From Anthoceros angustus (taxonomy: Eukaryota; Plantae; Anthocerotophyta): a stretch of DNA of 64,000 nt. The translations under genes were made by a program, and so were the position numbers. Below the pieces are notes generated by a model. The model worked only from the letters and a program-made list of their open reading frames with translations, was not told where the DNA came from and ran no database searches. Location: NCBI GenBank assembly GCA_010909165.1, contig MU008154.1, forward strand, positions 1,353,478-1,417,477. The letters are read 5' to 3'. Below are positions 1 to 13,620 of the stretch, one piece after another (positions within the stretch are counted from its first letter, which is position 1; every line of letters begins with the position of its first letter).

Positions 1-2420
1 TAGATGCAGGAAATTGGGCTATTGGTACACATAAGGCTAACCGTTTCCACTTATTGTGGCATTGTATTCCCCACGCCTTCCCCATTCTAATTCAACGTCG
101 GTTTGCAATGGCGACGAATGCACGTACATTGATGCGTTATTTTCCCCATGCGCCATGTCCATTCATCTCATTATATGGCATTTCGCGTGCACATATCTAA
201 ACACCATTCGTTACCACACAAAAAGCGCTCCTTCATCGTACATGCGGGTGATTTAGCGAAAACAATTCACTTCTCAATATCTGCGATGCATGACACATTG
301 TGCAATGAAACGAAGGCCTTGTATTTTTGCGACTACAATTCGCATATGTACTTGCGTTTTGCACCCCCTTAGTCTCACACCGTTTTGAGTGGCATTTCTA
401 CAAATGGGTGGATCGCATTGTATTATGGGCTGACTCTATTTGGCTTTATCGCACCCCATCGACATATATAGCCCGGCACCGCCGCTGTGGGACACCCTCC
501 GCCCGGACCCAATTTTATGATTAATATATACTGTCATTCGCTTGATGTCTTTGAACTATTTTATACCTCATATTATTCTACTCCAATTTTCCTCCAAATG
601 CTTGGTGTGGTATAGCGAAAGGGCAACGTTGTGGACACTTTGTCTTTCCCTTGCCTCCCTGCGGCCTTCCATATATGGCATTACGCACTATGCTTTCATG
701 TGCGTGTCAGCGTCCCCAGAATGTAGAATAGATCAGGAAATTGGGCTATTGGTATAAGGCCTGCTTTCCACTTATTGTGGCGTATTCACGCCTTCCCGCA
801 ACGTATTCTAATTCAACGTGTCGGTTGTAAATGACAGGCGTAATGCACGTACATTGATCGTTATTTTCCCCATGCGCCATGTCCATTCATCTCATTATAT
901 GGCATTTGCGTGCATATCTAAACACCATTCGTTACCACACAAAAAGTAAGCGCTCCTTCATCGTACATGCGGGTGATTTAGCGAAAACAATTCACTTCTC
1001 AATATCTGCGTAAAAGATGCACATGACACATTGTGCAATGAAACCTGAAGGCCTTGTATTTTTGCGACTTCAATTCGCAGGCATATGAAGTACTTGCGTT
1101 TTGCAACTACGCTGCTTGCTCGACCTTGCACCCTCTCGGTATGGAGTGTATGAAGCGGCGAATGCCATTATGTGCTTGATTTTGGTTTTCAAAGACTCCT
1201 GATATGTGCATTCGTTAAGCGGGAACTACATTCGAACCCGCATTTGAGCGGAACGTCGCATAGACCTGGATTTGCTTCGTGCTCCTTCATGCGGTCGCGA
1301 TATCCTTGCCACCAATTTCGACCCTTTCGCATGACATGGATAACGATGTCGATTATGGTGCACATGCAAATTTGTGACATAAATGGATATGTGAGTTTTG
1401 AAAATGAGTCCACATGGCATTGCTACATATCTAAACACCATTCGTTACCACACAAAAAGGCGAAGCGCTCCTTCATCGTACATGCGGGTGATTTAGCGAA
1501 AACAATTCACTTCTCAATATCTGACACGATGCACATGACACATTGTGCAATGAAACGAAGGCCTTGTATTTTTAAGCTACAATTCGCAGGCATATGAAAC
1601 TTGCGTTTTGCAACTCGTTGCTTGCTCGACATGGCACCCTCTCGGTATGGAGTGTATGAAGCGGCGAATGCCATTATGTGTGCATTTGGTTTTCAAAAGA
1701 CTCCTGATATGTGCATTCGTTAAGCGGGAACTACATTCGAACCCGCATTTGAGGCGGAACGTCGCATAGACCTGGATTTGCTTCGTGCTCCTTCATGCGG
1801 TCGCGATATCCTTGCCGACCAATTTCGACCCTTTCGCATGACATGGATAACGATGTCGATTATGGTGCACATGCAAATTTGTGACATAAATGGATATGTG
1901 AGTTTTGAAAATGAGTCCACATGGCATTGCTACATATCTAAACACCATTCGTTACCACACAAAAGGCGAAGCGCTCCTTCATCGTACATGCGGGTGATTT
2001 AGCGTAAACAATTCACTTCTCAATATCTACAGCACGGCACACATGACACATTGTGCAATGAAAACAAGGCCTTGTATTTTTGCGACTACAATTCAGCATA
2101 TGAAGTTGCTTTGCAACTCGTTGCTTGCTCGACATGGCACCCTCTCGGTATGGAGTGTATGCACAAGATTATGCCATTATGTGCTTGATTTTGGTTTTCA
2201 AAAGACTCATCGATATGTGCATTCATAAGAAGCGGGAACTACATTCGAACCCGCATTTGAGTGCGGGCGTCGCATAGACCCCCGGATTTGCTTCGTGCTC
2301 AGTCTCGTCCTGATATCCTTGCCACCAATTTCGACCCTTTCGTGATGACATGGATAACAATGTCCAAGATGGTGCACATGCAAATTTGTGAACAAATGGA
2401 TATGTGAGTTTTGAAAATGA
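1..2420. repeat. Degenerate tandem repeat block: ~720-bp duplication at 1-1100 plus three ~505-bp units at ~920-2420; possibly transposon-derived
   Basis: Block ATCTAAACACCATTCGTTACCACAC recurs at ~196, 917, 1431, 1938. Block GCGGGAACTACATTCGAACCCGCATTTGAG recurs at ~1218, 1724, 2232. Copies differ mainly by small indels. Confidence 0.85.
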
Positions 2421-3134
2421 GTCCGACATACGGCAGATTATTCATTAATCAGCCTGACCAATTGTGCAATGGGCAATTGCAATGGTGCGTGTGTTTAAGC
2501 ACGGGCTTATGGGTCCATTGGTGTCATTCCTCGTCCTTCCCCAATACCTCCGCACTCCAAATGCGCTTGCTCGATCCTACATCCTCCTCGAAAACAAATG
2601 GATATGTGAGTTTTAAAATGAGTCCGGTACTTGGCATTGTATCATCGGGCTTGTCCCAACCATTGGTGCATGCGGCAAATGCAATGGCGCATCGTGTTCG
2701 CAACATGCATTGCATTGTCGGATGTTTCACCGCAGACCCGATTTCGTAGCCAAATGCCAAATGCGGTTTTGTGCCATTGCATCGGGCATTTGCTTTGTGC
2801 TAATTGGTGCGAACCCAATATAGGACTCCGCAACTTTGTGCATTGGGATATCATCGACAAAAAGAGTTACTACAATGGCCCCACTCCAGGGTGACAGAGG
2901 CGACCATATCCACAACCGCAAGACATGCAGTTTGGCGTAACACGAACCTTTATCTATCCCAAAGACCATGGAGTGCAGGTGAAGATCAAGAGTTCACTAG
3001 GGTAGTCACAGACCTTCAATGCAAAGAATCACCATGTCCATCCCGGTATCAACCCAAGGCCCGGAGATAAATAGGCAGTTGATCACCAATATAGCACTCC
3101 GCAACTTTGTGCATTGAGGTATCATCGACATACA

Positions 3135-5000
3135 GAGGTGAAGATCAAGAGTTCACTAGGGTAGTCACGATTTTCAATGCAAAGAATCACCATGTCCATC
3201 TCACGATGTCAACCCAAGGCCGGAGATAAATAGATGTTGATGCGAACCCAATATAGCACTCCCGCAACTTTGTGCATTGAGGTATCATCGATACGAGGTG
3301 AATTGGTGCGAACCGATTTTAGGACTCCGCAACTTTGTGCATCAGTTGTCACGACACAAAAAGTGGGGCCACTACCATGGCCCCACTCTCTAGTGTAGGT
3401 CAAAGAGACGACCATCCACAACCAGCACTACATCAGAAGCCTATGCAACAGAACCCGTCACAAGAATGGCCGCACCTCCTTGCCGACCGACCCGCATTCT
3501 TTGCATGGAGATAAAGTCACATTGGCCATTGGCCGGGAGGACAAAGAAAGTTCGCTTAGGCAAGGAACAAGCTCAAATGGAGCCTAACTCTCCCATGAGG
3601 TGAAATTAGAGTGGTTGCTGAGGCTCCATCCAGAAAGGTGGTTCCGTGAGGTCACAAGAGAGAAATGAGACATACACTAGGGACGGCATGGCTGCCTTTC
3701 CATTCATACAAACATCCACAACCAAGAATCCACTGGTGCCCACATATATAGGCAAAACCCTCGACCTCTTCACGCCCCTCCTCGTTCCTTTGGTAGGCAC
3801 TTAAGGTTTATTTATAATCCTACTTTCCTTGTCGAATAAGCAATGATGTTTATGTGCTCAACGACTTATTCGCCTTTTCCTTGAGTTACGATTTTAGGTG
3901 ATATAAATCCGCCTATATATGCATCATACCACGCCATATACATAACCATGTACATACATTACATGCGCCGACATCATCCATCAATATGTCCACATTCATC
4001 AAATGTCATCCATCCGCCATGCATACATGGACACAAGGTGAATAACAAGATTTGACTAGGGGCGAGTAGCTTCAATGCAAAGAATCACCATGTCCATCTC
4101 ACGATGTCAACCCAAGGCCGGAGATAAATAGATGTTGATGCGAACCCAATATAGCACTCCCGCAACTTTGTGCATTGAGGTATCATCGATACGAGGTGAA
4201 TTGGTGCGAACCGATTTTAGGACTCCGCAACTTTGTGCATCAGTTGTCACGACACAAAAAGTGGGGCCACTACCATGGCCCCACTCTCTAGTGTAGGTCA
4301 AAGAGACGACCATCCACAACCAGCACTACATCAGAAGCCTATGCAACAGAACCCGTCACAAGAATGGCCGCACCTCCTTGCCGACCGACCCGCATTCTTT
4401 GCATGGAGATAAAGTCACATTGGCCATTGGCCGGGAGGACAAAGAAAGTTCGCTTAGGCAAGGAACAAGCTCAAATGGAGCCTAACTCTCCCATGAGGTG
4501 AAATTAGAGTGGTTGCTGAGGCTCCATCCAGAAAGGTGGTTCCGTGAGGTCACAAGAGAGAAATGAGACATACACTAGGGACGGCATGGCTGCCTTTCCA
4601 TTCATACAAACATCCACAACCAAGAATCCACTGGTGCCCACATATATAGGCAAAACCCTCGGGACCTCTTCACGCCCCTCCTCGTTCCTTTGGTAGGCAC
4701 TTAAGGTTTATTTATAATCCTACTTTCCTTGTCCTTCAATAAGCAATGATGTTTATGTGCTCAACGACTTATTCGCCTTTTCCTTGAGTTACGATTTTAG
4801 GTATTTTCCGATATAAATGGCTGCCTATATATATGCATCATACCACGTGCCTTACATACATAACCATGTACATAGATTACATACCGACATCATCCATCAA
4901 TATGTCCACATTCATCAAATGTCATCCATCCGCCATGCATACATGGACACAAGGTGAATAACAAGATTTGACTAGGGTAGAAGCTTTAATGCAAAGAATC
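3135..5000. repeat. Near-identical ~900-bp tandem duplication
   Basis: Identical 70-aa ORFs at 3209-3421 and 4107-4319 (offset 898). Units are bounded by imperfect CAAGAxTTxACTAGGGTAG...TTCAATGCAAAGAATCA repeats. Confidence 0.9.
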
Positions 5001-5269
5001 AAGATTTATCTCGACGGTATGCTAAACCCAAGGCCCGGATAAAATCAAGTATAATGAATGAGCTTGTTCTAAAAGCGACATTTCCCAAGGCAGATCGAAA
5101 ACAATCGCTTGCGTGAAACACACCGCGAAAACGAGCACTTGGTAGCACGCGATATACGATAACACGCAGATATCTCATGTAATTGGAGGATGGAATACGA
5201 AGCTCAACGATTAAGGGAGATTGCATGACTCCAAAGCATGAGAAATAAAGATCAACATATTACTTGCGT

Positions 5270-5710
5270 ACATGGGGGGGTGGAGGGAGGGAGGGGGTTG
5301 CGCTTTGTAGGGTTGTGTATGACGGAACGGTCTCGTGAGGGCTGCCTGAAATAATGTATGTGGAGGAGGTGGGGGTATAGGGAGGGGTGGAGGGAGGGGG
5401 TTGCGCTTTGTAGTAGACGGAACGGGTCTCGGGAGGGCGGACGCCTACGAAATAGAAGGAGGTGGGGGTATAGGGAGGGGTGGGGGTATAGGGAGGGGGT
5501 GGGGGTATAGGGAGGGCGGATGTGGGTTTAGGAAAGGGCGGGTGGGGAGGGGTGGGGTGGAAGGACATGGACGCGAATAAAGGTGGGGTGGAAAGGAAGG
5601 GGAGGAGAGGGGTTGTAGAGGATGAGAGGAACGTGGAGGGGTGGGGAGGGGCAGGGTGGGAGAGGGACTAGATGAGGGTGAATGGCGATGGAGTGTGGGG
5701 GTGGGGGTGT
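5270..5710 (+). repeat. G-rich, purine-skewed low-complexity tract
   Basis: Dense GGG/GGGG runs and repeated GGGGGTATAGGGAGGG motifs; the Pro-rich antisense ORFs here are compositional. Confidence 0.8.
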
Positions 5711-5769
5711 GGTCTCAATATAACATTTCCCCGATGTGAAGGGTCGACGCAATTTAATATTTTTGAAAA

Positions 5770-6920
5770 GCGGCCATACCGCGGCCCCAAAGACGAAGAT
5801 CGTTATCACGGTGTGCACATCGTCGGGCGAAGGTCGTGGCGGCGGCTAAAGCCGAGGCGTGGTTCCACAAGATCGGCCGCAATGCATCTACAAAGTGGCT
5901 GTAGCTTTCCGTGATTGCGCTATGTCTCGCAAATCTATGCCATGTACATACATTGTGCGCTATGTCTCGCAAATCTATGCCATGTACATGCAGCGCGATG
6001 GCTTTGGCAAGGCACGGCCAAGACGTGTGCTGACTCTCACGGTGGTGGCGTTGAAGGTGTGTCATTTTTTAAACGCACCTGGCTCCGGAAGGCAGTGTGG
6101 ATGCAATAACCCACCGGGGCGCACACCACTGTGAAGACGATGCGTGTTTGAGGGCGCAGAATCCATGGGTTTTTTTTAACGATATCCGCGGTTTTCTGAT
6201 CACCGGTGGTCCTCGAGGAGGCATCATCGCGCCGCCAAAGGGTAATGGCGAGTGCGGACCCATGCGCGAAACAAAATGATCGCCCAATTCCTAACCAGTG
6301 CAATTGCGGGATTAGGCGGGAAGAGAAGGGCCACATGCCGTGGTCGAGCAACAAGTTTGTGGGCTGCTCGTTTCACGCTCCGTATACATAGGCGTTTTGC
6401 GAGGTTGCAATTGCCACCGCATATTCCATGAGCGTGGAACTCTTTTCACAGTGCAATAGTGGAACCGTGTGGTGCGCTTGCCATTTTCGCCGCATCCCGA
6501 ATTGCGGTCACCGCTTTGGGGCGGTGGACGGCGCCGAAAACATGATCGCCATTAGCGTACATCGCGAGACCGCCAAAGGGTAATGGCGAGTCGACCCATG
6601 CGCGAAACAAAATGATCGCCCAATTCCTAACCAGTGCAATTGCGGGATTAGGCGGGAAGAGAAGGGCCACCGTCGTGGTAGCAACAAGTTGTGGGCTCGT
6701 CATGCTGGCGCGTTTTCGACGCTCGTACACACCGCGATGCAATGCGAGGTTGCAATTGCCACCGCATATTCCATGAGCGTGGAACCCACACAGTGCAATA
6801 GTGGAACCGTGTGGTGCGCTTGCAGCCATTTTCGCGCATCCTCAATTGGTCACCGCTGGCGGGCGGTGGACGTTGAGCGAAAACATGATCGCCATTAGCG
6901 ACATCGCGAGACCGCCAAAG
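5770..6920 (+). mobile_element. Degenerate MULE/FAR1-type (Mutator-like) transposase remnant with SWIM zinc finger
   Basis: Pieced across frameshifts: LANLCHVHAARWL (CxxH end of MULE DDE domain), FFKRTWL, AESMGFFNDI (FAR1-like ESMN motif). The consensus of two internal copies reads CACSHFRRIPNCGHRLAV (SWIM CxC...CxH). Contains a ~340-bp internal duplication. Confidence 0.6.
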
Positions 6921-7469
6921 ACCGATCCGCGCCCATCGAAGGAGATGGCGCTTACACCCAAGCTCCTCCGACACCCATGACGATGCGGCCGTCAACCGCA
7001 GCCGCATACATGCGCTCGGCATACGACGCATTCTGTCCACTACGCGCATCGATCGCATTCGGACAAACGCCGGCGAGTGCCGGAGGTGCGCAGGATGGGT
7101 GGCCGCAACGCCCACGCCGGAATGGGGTCGAGTCGATCGCCCACACAATGTCGGGCCGACACGGACGCCGGCCGCCCAGCTGCAATTGTCGGATCCGCCG
7201 GAGGTTCAACGTGGCTGCCCCCGCGCCTGCTCGCGTATGCCGGACTGGCCGGCGAGTGCACCGCCGAGGGCATGTGGTACCCGCGAGCGGGGGCGGCATG
7301 GGGAGCCGGAGGCGGCAAGGCGGTGGGGACGATCCCATTCACGCAGCACGGAATCACGGATGCGCGACCGCCCGCAAAAGAGGCAGGAGCACGCACAAGG
7401 CTGGTGTGTGGCGGCACAACAAGCTCTGCGGATACAAATTCCACTCGACAAAGAATACTCCAGAGTGGA

Positions 7470-10400
7470 CCATGCAGAGGGTGGCCAAGTTGTGTTCATG
7501 TTCCGCCGATTGCACACAAGTGGAAGTTTCCGCGCCGTGAGCATGCCAAGAGCAACGCATAACGGAACACCGTCGCGGCGAACCGCGCAGCCCATCGCCG
7601 ACGCGGCCGCACTGCTCGACCGGGCACCGCGCCCAGTCGCTTTGTGCGGATGCCACCGGTTGCATCTCGACGCACAAGGTCATGTGATATACGATGCGTA
7701 TTCCTCCGGTGACCTCGTCGCGAGCGCGACCGCCGATGCGTATGTTGTACATATGGGATGTGCATGCGCGATTCACGCCATGGCGATTGCGGCGATGCAG
7801 AAAGCGGCGGGCGGCGGCCATCGAGGTGTACGACTTGGCGAAGGTGATCAAGACATGGAGGTGGCAGCAGGGTTACTGCGGACGCGGCGGGGAGGTGGAG
7901 GGTCGCGTCTTTGGAGGGAGAGTTCACGGCGGATGACGCCACCATCGCTGACGATGGTGGGATCCCGCAAGCACAGCGGCGACAAGCGACATGTGGGCAT
8001 CCGACACAATGCGCCCCAGGTGCAAGCTGCGGTGCGCATGAGTCGGCCATGTCTGCGGCAGCGGGCGCCGATCGGCGGATACGCGAGGCAGCGGCGCAGG
8101 GAGCATGGTGGTCGGTCGGCGGAGCAGGAGGAGTCTCTGCGCGCATGGCGTAAAACATTCTTGGCGGTGGAGGAGCTCCGCGCTGCACCGCGGGCAAGTG
8201 GAGGAAGGCATCCATCCCAGCGGTGGCCACCTGCAGATGAGGTGCTCTTTTCGAGATACTAGGTCGCGCGGAGAAATTTGGTATGGCCGAGGCAGCACGG
8301 CCGCCCTTACAGGCTGCGGTGATGCGAAGAGGCGCGAGCCGCGAACTCGGTGATGGGCTGGCGGCGGTGGTGCAAAGGATGGATGGGATGGAATTGTTAA
8401 ACCACCACCATACAAGGATTTTTCGCAAGGAGGGCTTCACAGTGCGGATTGATGCGGTTGTTGGAGGACACGGATGACCGACGACCTTGGGACGACCACG
8501 GAGGAAGAGTTGCGCAGGTCACGGAGGACCACTGTCGAGGTTCGCAATAGGCGAGGAGATGCTTCGCATGCGCCACATCACTTGGTGGAATCCAATGCAC
8601 ACCACGATCGATCGGAGATGGCCCAGCGGCGATGGTATCGGCGCTTCTGGAAGCGCCGAGGCGACAGTTGCGGTTTGCGGTGACGGATAAGGCACTGTAT
8701 GCAGTTCGCATCGAGCAGGAGCGGCGATTCGAGGACCACCTAACACTGCAGGTGGAAGCCGGCATGGAGTGTCAGCAGCTGTTCGACAATTTCCGCCTAT
8801 GGGAAGGAAGAGGCGGACCATTTCCACCGATGCGGGTGCTGTACAACACCAGGTATGGGGATCGAGGGGAGGTGTTCCAGGAGGTTGGCACTGTGGATGC
8901 CGGCGGGCCAACACGGCGGTGCATCAGCGAGGCATGGAGGCGGTTCTGGGAGTCGCCAGCATTTGTGGACGGTGTGTTTGAAGCGGAATGTCACGGGGCC
9001 ACCCAATACCACATCGCCAACGGACATCATCGGACCCTCGCACGCGGCATGGTAAGTTGCCACCATGCCCACGGAGCGCGACACTTGCACTGCGTGATGA
9101 TGCTGCGTATTAGTCCTGCAGCCTGTGTGTTCTTGACCACTGACATGGTGCTGGCCACCGGCATCTCGCACGCACAAGGTCAGTCGATATATACGGTCGA
9201 TTCCTCCGACAACAGTCAGCAGAGCGGACCGCCGATGCGTATGTTGTACATATGGGATGTGCATGCGCTCACACGGGCGCTAAGGCGGCGTCGAGAGCGG
9301 CGGCCATCGAGGTGTACGACTTGGCGAAGGTGATCAAGACATGGAGGTGGCAACCGAGGGGTTGCTGCGACGCGGCGGGGAGGTGGAGGGTCGCGTCTTT
9401 GGAGGGAGAGTTCAACGGCGGATGACGCCCACCATCGCTGACCTGGTGGTGGACGCCTGCAATCGCATGGAGCCGACAACGCGATGTGGGCATCCGGACA
9501 CAACGGGGCCTCCCCTGTGAGGTGCAAGCGAGCGGCTACCGCGCACTGCAGTCGCCATGTGCAGCAGCGGCCGCCGCAGTCCAACGATACGCGGGCGCAA
9601 GGGGAGCATGGTGGTCGGTCGAGGCGGGAACGGGAGGAGTCTCTGCTGGCCGCATGGCAGAAAACATTCTTGGCGGTGGAGGAGCTCCGCAGCACACTGC
9701 CGAACGCAGGCAAGTGGAGGGGGAAGGCATCCGCAAGCAGCGGCGGCCGCCCAGCTGCAGATGAGGTGCTCTTTTTCGAGATACTGGGTCGCCTGCAGGA
9801 GAAGGCTGGTATGGCCGAGGGAAGTGACGCGCCCCAGGCGCACGCAGCAGATGCGTAAGGGCGCAGTAACGAACTCTGATGGGCTGGCAAAGATTCACCG
9901 GTGCAAAGGATGGATGGGATGGAATTGTTAAACCACCACCATACAAGGATTTTTCAAGGAGGGCTTCACCAGCGGATTGCGATCGCTGGAGGACCGGATG
10001 TGACCGGACCTTGGGACCACGGAGGAAGAGTTGCGCAGAGAGGACCACCAACTGAGGTTCGCAATAGACGAGGAGGAGATGCTACAATGCACCGCACATC
10101 ACTTGGTGGAATCCAATGCACACCGATCCGTCAGGTGGCGACGGCCCGCCATGGTATGTAAAGCGCCAAGCGAAGAAGCGCACGAGGCAAAGACAAAGGC
10201 GAGATGCGCGTTTGCGGTGACGGATAAGGCATCAGATGCGTCAGACGAGCAGGAGCGCCGATTTGAGGACCACCTAACACCGCAGTGGAAGCCGGCATGG
10301 AGTGTCGCGTGTTCGACAATTTCCGCTATGGGAAGGAAGAGGCGGACCATTTCACGGCGCGGTGTCGTGTGCACTGTATGGGGATCGAGGAGGTGTTCCA

Positions 10401-11379
10401 GGAGGTTACCGTGGACGCCGGGCGGCCAACACGGCAGGCATCACGAGGCATGGAGGCGGTCGGGAGTCGCCGGCATTTGTGGACGGTGTGTTTGAACGGA
10501 ATGTCACGGGCCACCCAATACCACATCGCCAACGGACATCATCGACCCTCCGCAACGCAAAGATGGTAAGTTCTCGCCACCATGCCCACGGAGGCGCGAC
10601 ACTTGCACTGTGGATGATTACCTGCGGGCCCTCAGGCAGTAATGTTCTTCGCCACCGTCAGACATGGTGCTGGCCACCGATAGAGGTCACCGTCCCATGA
10701 CCTTTGCGACGCCAGCATGCTGTCAAAAGGATGGCGTGCACAAGGAGTGGAAGGACACAGCAGCGAAGACATTGAAGAGGGCTTTCAAAGTCGACATGTC
10801 GCCCACCCACCTCATTATGGCCACCGCTAAAGCGGAGCGCTGGGCGGGCGAGGAGTAAAACCATATCGACGGCAATCGCACTCATGGCGAAAGGTGCCGG
10901 ATTTCTTCAAGCACGTCGCCGACCAAGCCATCGCATGTGTTGGGGAAGCGGTGGCGCGCATCGACAAGTCGCAGGAGCAACACTTGTTCTCCAAGTGCAG
11001 CGCGTGGGTGGGTTGGTGGGAGGATTTCGACATGTGGTGCCATACCGATAAAGAAGCTAAGGCCGGACGCATAGGAGAGTGCACGCTTGAGAGTGTGAGC
11101 AGTTCTTCAATGCCACACATGGATGCAGACGATTTCAGCCCGCAAGTTCGACGCTTGCTTGCCGATCTTGAAGGACATGTTCGTGGAAACCGTGACGGAG
11201 ATGACATTCGAGAGCCGCGCTTGTACACCTTCATAACCGATGGTGTACTTCCTCCGGCTGCGATGGGAGGCAGCTTGAAAGCGAGTGGCAATCGCCAGCA
11301 AAGACGTGCTCCACACTCCTCCCGCCTTTATGTCTCAAAGCTGGTCATGGCGACGCTGGTGATGAAGCCATCCGCATGA
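7470..11379 (+). pseudogene. Frameshifted unknown, probably transposon-associated ORF with a ParB/Srx-like GHHR motif
   Basis: Protein-like segments recur in both duplicate copies (KTFLAVEELR, MDGMELLNHHHTRIF, EQERRFEDHLT, QYHIANGHHR) and continue in the 161-aa ORF at 10894-11379. Confidence 0.35.
7652..10679 (+). repeat. ~1.5-kb tandem duplication inside a degenerate GC-rich ORF region
   Basis: CCGCCGATGCGTATGTTGTACATATGGGATGTGCATGCG at ~7731 and ~9231. HIANGHHR is encoded at 9010-9033 and 10522-10545. GCCACCG occurs at 7652, 9154 and 10673. Confidence 0.85.
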
Positions 11380-13269
11380 ACTCTCTCGACGGAAACGCGT
11401 GAACGTTAGGTGTGCGCCAACCCGCATTGTTTCGAGGTTCCGCTTGTCTGCTTGGTAATGTGCATTTGTGGAAGGGCCGAGGCCGTGTTCAAGGCGGCGA
11501 GGCCCAATTTAGTGCTTCACCGCGAGCCATCGAATGAAAAGTGGATGAGATGCGACCCGCTCGTGACTGAACGGGAAAAGGCCACCGGAACCCCTACACC
11601 ACCCGCTCCCCATTGCGCTCATGCCCGATGGCGCCTGCGAGATGGAACGAGCGCGGGCGCCAACCAAGCCTGTAGGCGGCGGAAGTCGGGAAGTTGAATG
11701 TCGCGCAGGAGGCCTTGCATTTCGGGGTGCGCGACATTGAAAGGCGTGAGATGGGTGGCGGTGCGCAAAGGAAGGAAGAGGGCACCGCGATGTGGACGAT
11801 CGACCGTGCTTGGCGATGAGGGGAGACACATAGCACGACGCGGAATGTGGTGCCGGGCGACGGTGAAACACGTTGACATTACCAAGTTCGCTCGCATAAT
11901 GGATGCCAAAGGTGTGGCACATTGTTGAGCAAGAATACCGCATTTAAATGTGCGGGTGGAAGGCGCCACCGCAGACCGACTACGCCAGCATAAGTGCACG
12001 AGAGTGGCGAGGTATGGGCCATCGTGATTCGTCCGGTGCAGCCGGGCATGCGGCCGGATGGGTTTGCACGGCGGATGGAAGTGGGGCAAGCTGCAGTGGC
12101 GAGGGAAGCGGAGGGAAGGCGGTTCTGCGCTCCTTGAGGATTGGCTACCGCGACCGGCCCGCCGTTGTCCAATGAAGGAGCCATATCCGCGAGAGGCGCG
12201 CGAAGGTGGAGCATTGGGTAGAGCGATGCGACCCCATTGCATGGGATGATGGACAAGGTGTCGCTCAAAGGTTGCCGGGATTGTCAAGGGCGAGGATGAG
12301 GCGGCGGATGGGTTTGCAACCACAGCGGTGATAGTTTTGAACTTGCCGCCCATGGCGGTACCGCAGGTCGGCTATAGCAGCGCCACCGCTATGGGTTATA
12401 AGAGTGGTTGATGCGGCGGCGGTGGAGTGACTAGTGCGCCATATTAGCCGGAAAGGCGATGTTCAAGTAGGATGCAGCCTTGATGCCATGGAGCTACACA
12501 ATATGAAGCCTCACTTGTCGTACTCCAAATACCGGTGCTTGAGGTAGCCGCTACAACACATGGACCTGGCAGCTTTGGGTTGACACATGTGATGTTCAAT
12601 GCAAAGGAATAAAGTGGCATTATATAATGTATTTGGCGAAATGAGAAGGCAGAACGCCGCAACCGGGAAATGTGCATCGCGAGTGGCGGCATGGCGCCAT
12701 CAACGACGGCCGCTCAAAGCGGCAAAGGGAGTGGCATTGGCAACCGATCTTCAGGGCAAAAGGTATCGCCATGCAACCGCAGACCGAGGTTGGACAACGA
12801 GTACCGGCCGACCGGGAGCGCAATAAATCACATGTGCAACCGCCAAAGCCACCGGTAGGGGAGGCCATTTAAAATGCTACAAAACCACTTGGCATCCACA
12901 ACATTTATTGGGACGCAAGTTTTGAGAGCTTGCGGCCTTGGTACAAGAAGGCGCCTGCTGTGGAGTGTTCATCCATTTCCAACTGCAGGAAGGAGAGGAG
13001 GCATGGGCGGCGGCGGCGAAGGGGAGGAGATGGAGGTCGACGCGTGGGCGCCCGCGACCATGGCGTCGGAGGATTGCGCCATGGAGGAGGCTACACCAAC
13101 AGTGGGGGAGGTGGAGGGCATGGAGGACCTCCTCGGCTGGCGCGGGAGGAGGAGGAGGAGGCGCCGCGAGCGCCCCCACCAGCCGCAAGCGGCATGGCGG
13201 AGCACCGCGCCGCCGCCGAGGAGCAAGAAGACCACGACACGCCGCGCCTCTGCGGGCGACGGCGCGCAC

Positions 13270-13620
13270 CGCCAGCCCGGAGGGGAGATGGTGCTCGGAG
13301 GTGGCGGCGCGCCGCCGCATGCGGAGGTGCGGCAGCCGCAGCACCACATCGGCCACCGCATGGTGTGACACACAGGCCGAGGTGCCTTCCGCCGCACTGA
13401 CCATCCGGGCCGCAGTGCGGTGGGTGCACTGGCCGGGCGGCGGCAGCCCGAGGGGAGATGGTGCTCGGAGGTGGCGGCAGCCCGCCGCATGCAAAGGGGC
13501 GGCAGCCCGAGGCTTGGAGCCCGCCGCATCGGTGCAGCCGCATGGTCGCACACACAGGCCGAGGTGCCTCCGCACCCCACCGCAGCGGCTGCAGCACGAC
13601 ATACGGGAGGTTGAGTCACT
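13270..13620. repeat. ~170-bp GC-rich direct repeat (2 copies)
   Basis: GGAGATGGTGCTCGGAGGTGGCGGC at ~13284 and ~13454; CACACAGGCCGAGGTGCC also occurs twice. Confidence 0.7.

Noticed and set aside
900-2420. FAR1/WRKY-like DNA-binding domain in the minus-strand repeats (RYPCH.KG...KCGFEC)
   Set aside because: Motif is partial and the frame cannot be fixed because of indels; left as unassigned repeat.
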